A stretch of DNA of 64,000 bases from Pristiophorus japonicus (taxonomy: Eukaryota). The first letter of the stretch is position 1. Each line of letters begins with the position of its first letter. Of this stretch, positions 60,335-64,000 are shown one piece after another. The translations under genes and the position numbers were made by a program. The DNA lies in the NCBI RefSeq assembly GCF_044704955.1, contig NC_091995.1, positions 51,460,001 through 51,524,000 on the forward strand, read 5' to 3'. The notes under the pieces are model-generated. The model ran no database searches and had not been told where the DNA came from. It saw only the letters and a program-made list of their open reading frames with translations.

Positions 60335-62010
60335 GAAACATAAAAACACAGAAAATAGGTGTAGGATTAGCCCATTCGGCCCTTCGAGCCTGCACCAACA
60401 ATCAATATGATCATGATTGGTCATGCAACTTCAGTACCCCATTCCTGATTTCTCTCCATACCCCTTGATCCCTTTAGTCGTAAGGGCCACATAGAAACAT
60501 AGCAACATAGAAAATAGGTGCAGGAGTAGGCCATTCGGCCCTTCTAGCCTGCACCGCCATTCAATGAGTTCATGGCTGAACATGCAAATTTAGTACCCCA
60601 TTCCTGCTTTCTCGCCATACCCCTTGATCCCCCTCGTAGTAAGGACTATAGAATGTCTTTGGTGATTGAAAGCTCATAGTATGAATTCGGGAAGCACTGT
60701 CGCAAGTACATTATGACAGATTGATGACATGTAGACTTTGCATTGCAAGCATTCGTACATGACCCTTTGAAAACAGGTTGCTCAACAAAATCCTTGAAAT
60801 GCTGCTGTAAGAACTGCTTGCAACCAGAGTCATCAGAGGATCATTTCAGCCTCAAGTAGAAATTGACAAATGTGATGGCTTGGAAAGCAACCATGCTAAC
60901 CACTGCAACACCAACACACAACTAACACACACATCTAACTCCCTTTTGAATATATCTAACGAACTGGCCTCAACAACTTTCTGTGGTCGAGAGCTCCACA
61001 GGTTCAAAATTCTCTGAGAGAAGAAGTTTCTCCTCATCTCGGTCCTAAATGGCTTACCCCTTATCCTTCGACTGTGACTCTTGGTTCTGGATTTCCCCAA
61101 CATCGGGAACATTCTTCTTGCATCTAACCTGCCCAATTTTGTCAGAGTTTTAAATGTTTCTATAAGATCCCCTCTCATTCTTCTAAATTCCAGTGAATAT
61201 AAGCCCAGTCGATCCAATCTTTCTTCATATGTCAATCCTGCCATCCTGGTAATCAGTCTGGTGAAACTTCGCTGCACTCCCTCAATAGCAAGAATGTCCT
61301 TCCTCAGATTAGGAGACCAAAGTTTACACAATATTCAAGGTGTGGCCCCACCAAGGCCCTGTACAACTGCAGTAAGACCTCCCTGCACCCATACGCAAAT
61401 CTCTCGCTATGAAGGCCAACATGCCATTTGCCTTCTTCACCACCTCCTATACCTGCATGACAACTTTCAATGACTGATGTACCATGACACCCAGCTCTTG
61501 TTGTACCTCCGCTTTTCCTAATCTGTCACCATTCAGATAATATTTTGCCTTCCTGTTTTTGCCACCAAAGAGGATAACTTCACATTTATCTACAGTATAC
61601 TGCATCTGCCATGCATTTGCCCACTCACCTAACCTGTCCAAGTCACCCTGCAGCCTCTTAGCATCCTCCTCACAGCTCACATTGCCAGCCAGCTTAGTGT
61701 CATCTGCAAACGTGGAGATATTACATTCAATTCCTTCATCTAAATCATTAATGTATATTGTAAATTGCTAGGTTCCCAGCACTGAACCTTGCGGTACCCC
61801 ACTAGTCACTGCCTGCCAATCTGAAAATGACCCGTTTATTCCTACCTTTTGCTTCCTGTCTGCCAACCAGTTCTCTATCCACGTCAATACCATATGCTTT
61901 AATTTTGCACGCTAATCTCTTGTGTGGGACCTTGTCAAAAGCCTTTTGAAAGTCCAAGATCACCACATCCACTGGTTCTCCCTTGTCCACTCTACTAGTT
62001 ACATCCTCCC
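60335..62010 (-). mobile_element. CR1 on the minus strand with two tandem 3' UTRs (60335-60492, 60491-60649) and a foreign 280-bp segment (60650-60930)
   Basis: Reverse-complement tails catagaaa; RT ORFs 60852-61331, 61447-61680 and 61802-62038. Confidence 0.9.
60878..60917 (-). pseudogene. 5' half of a tRNA-Gly(TCC)-like sequence
   Basis: GTGTTGGTGTTGCAGTGGTTAGCATGGTTGCTTTCCAAGC matches the recalled vertebrate tRNA-Gly(TCC) 5' half at 33/40; no T arm follows. Confidence 0.65.
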
Positions 62011-63400
62011 ACATCAGCTGCCACATCACCCATCCCATGGAGCATCAGGTCTTGGTTGCCATTGTCCCTCTGGCAGTCTACAATTCTTTTCAGACTTTAC
62101 ATGATGCGCTCCATGGTATGCACAGAGCCTTGTGCAAGTTGGAGGTGGATCCCCCCCGCCCCATGCTCATTATCAATGACGAGAAGCTGTCGTGCACCCT
62201 TGCCATTGCACCTATTATCTCTGTGTGCATGCCCATCAACCATCTTCTAAAAGCTTCCCCATCGAGTTCCTCATCTGACCCTTGTGCAGCAGAGTTCATG
62301 CGTGAACTCACCTTCCAGAATGCTGACCCCTGAGCTACCCATCCATCCTGCCCTTGTTGCAGCCCATTCTACCTCGGTACCTCACCCTGTGCAGGTGCCG
62401 CTACTATACTATCATCTCAAGAATGCGAAGTGACAGTGTCTGAGCTCGTGCCTGCGGGTGACACATGCAGTGACCTGGTGTGTTCTTCCTCCTCCTCCTC
62501 TTCTCCTGCCTCACTCTCCACAGTCCCCTCAGCAACAGGCTGCTCAGTGTTTGTTCAGTAGCTGAAAAGGCATCAATAATGGTTTAAGGTGAAGGGACGG
62601 GGCCATGAAGGGAGAAAGAGCTTACATAATTAGCTGTTAGTTGTGAACCGTTTGTGGGGTTTGGGGGAACTGCGATGTGAGAAGGAGAAGGGACGAACAT
62701 ACCGTTGTTAACCCCAGATGGGTCAAATTCACCGGTGGCTTGGCATCCACCATCTATTGCCCAATAATTTGTGACACTCCATTTTACAGTGCAGACAGTG
62801 GTTGGCTGGCGGCTTGTCCTCCGCCTGTGCACTCCTCCTCCCTCCTGTTGTGGGGAAAATTGTCCTGCAAAAGGAAGGAAGGTATGTAAGTCATTGTGGA
62901 GCAATGCATTTGGGTGATATGCCTCCCATTGTTTAATTGCTGTCATTGTGTGCAAGGTGTGAGCTGTGGGTGTGAGTGTTGGTAGTCAGTGATTGTTGGT
63001 GGGTAAGTGCTGGGGATGTGGCATTTTGGAGACTGTGTCAAGATTGTCGTTCAGATGGTGGTATGCAGCATTTGTTGAAGCATTCACTCACCCTGACCAC
63101 CCGAGCGAGGTCCTTAAATTTCTTCCTGAGCTGTGTGTGAGTCCTGGGGACCAGAGTGCTGCCTGAGACGTGCTGCACCTCTGCCGTTCACATGATACGG
63201 AAGACTTGTGGTCAGGGCCTCCTGCCACTTGCCGGAGAGAGCACCGTCCTCCGTCTCTCCACACCGAACACCAACGCTTAATCGCTGAATCTTCTGGCTC
63301 GCTCCCTGGGGCGTGGATCTGCCATGAGTACAACTGCTTCCATTCTCCGGCTCGTTCTCCTGATCCTGCTGCTGCTTGCTGACGGAACTGCACAGCCAGC
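62011..63400 (-). mobile_element. Harbinger-type Myb/SANT DNA-binding gene remnant, three spliced exons, with stops
   Basis: RARRFSD...RTHTQLRKKFKDL|GTGAGT (exon ends 63092); exon 62703-62864 HNRRE..CTGGG; acidic third exon from 62561. Confidence 0.75.
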
Positions 63401-63689
63401 AAAGCTGAGAATTAGTTTCTGCAGCATCAATGAACCTTCCCTTTAAGTACTGAAAAAAGTCGGCAGCAAGCATTGCTTGCGATTAGAGAGCACCTGATAT
63501 TGGTCCATCTTTCGAGTGCAACTGAAATTAGCTTGGGCTTAAAGACTTTAATTAGGACCCCAATCATGTCTTTGTGCAGTGAGCAAGAATTCTGCGGTGC
63601 AATCTAAAGCATTAGCTCCTGGTGCTAAATCGGCAAATTGTTTCATGATACCGGAAATTACTGGGATATAATGAATTTCTAGCTGAAAA

Positions 63690-64000
63690 AATTGTTAAGG
63701 GGCATGACACGTTTGATGCTGAGAAAATGATTTCGCTGATGGGGTCATAGTCTCAGAATAAGTGGTCGGCCAGTTAATGCTGAGATGAGGATACATTTCT
63801 TCACTCAAATTGTTGTGAATCTTTGGATTGCTTTACCTCACAGAGCTCCTGATACCCAGTTGTTGAGTATATTAAAGATAGAGGTCGATAAAGTTTTGGG
63901 AACAAAGTGAATTAAGGGATTTGAGGGTAGGGCGGGGATGGGGAGTTGAGGTAGATCAGCCATGATTTATTGAATGGCGGAGCATGTTCTCAGGGCCAAA
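63690..64000 (+). mobile_element. CR1 3' fragment
   Basis: gagatgagga...ttcactca...gtgaatct; gatcagccatgat...gaatggcggagca 3' UTR. Confidence 0.8.

Overview
Vertebrate genomic DNA, almost certainly from a cartilaginous fish (shark-type CR1 LINEs with (TTTCTATG)n tails, Mag-like Gypsy elements, Penelope, RTE, a Harbinger-type Myb/SANT gene, a GPR139-like pseudogene). Well over half of the window is nested, decayed transposons plus minisatellites, and there is one 174-N gap. Most entries in the ORF track are transposon fragments or low-complexity artefacts. The host content is a small + strand MHC class I-family cluster that the ORF track hides because it is spliced. (1) A non-classical class I gene with leader (46088-46139), alpha1 (48795-49055), alpha2 (52699-52974) and alpha3 (53184-53449) exons. 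All junctions are phase 1, the predicted groove is markedly hydrophobic, and alpha3 carries a 1-bp deletion. (2) An orphan pseudogenised paralogous alpha1 exon (18971-19230). (3) A much more divergent relic split by a CR1 (about 26850-31312) with EPCR/CD1-like motifs, just downstream of a kappaB-ISRE-X/Y-TATA module; this call is low confidence. All alignments were done by eye against sequences recalled from memory, and transposon boundaries are approximate unless a junction is quoted.
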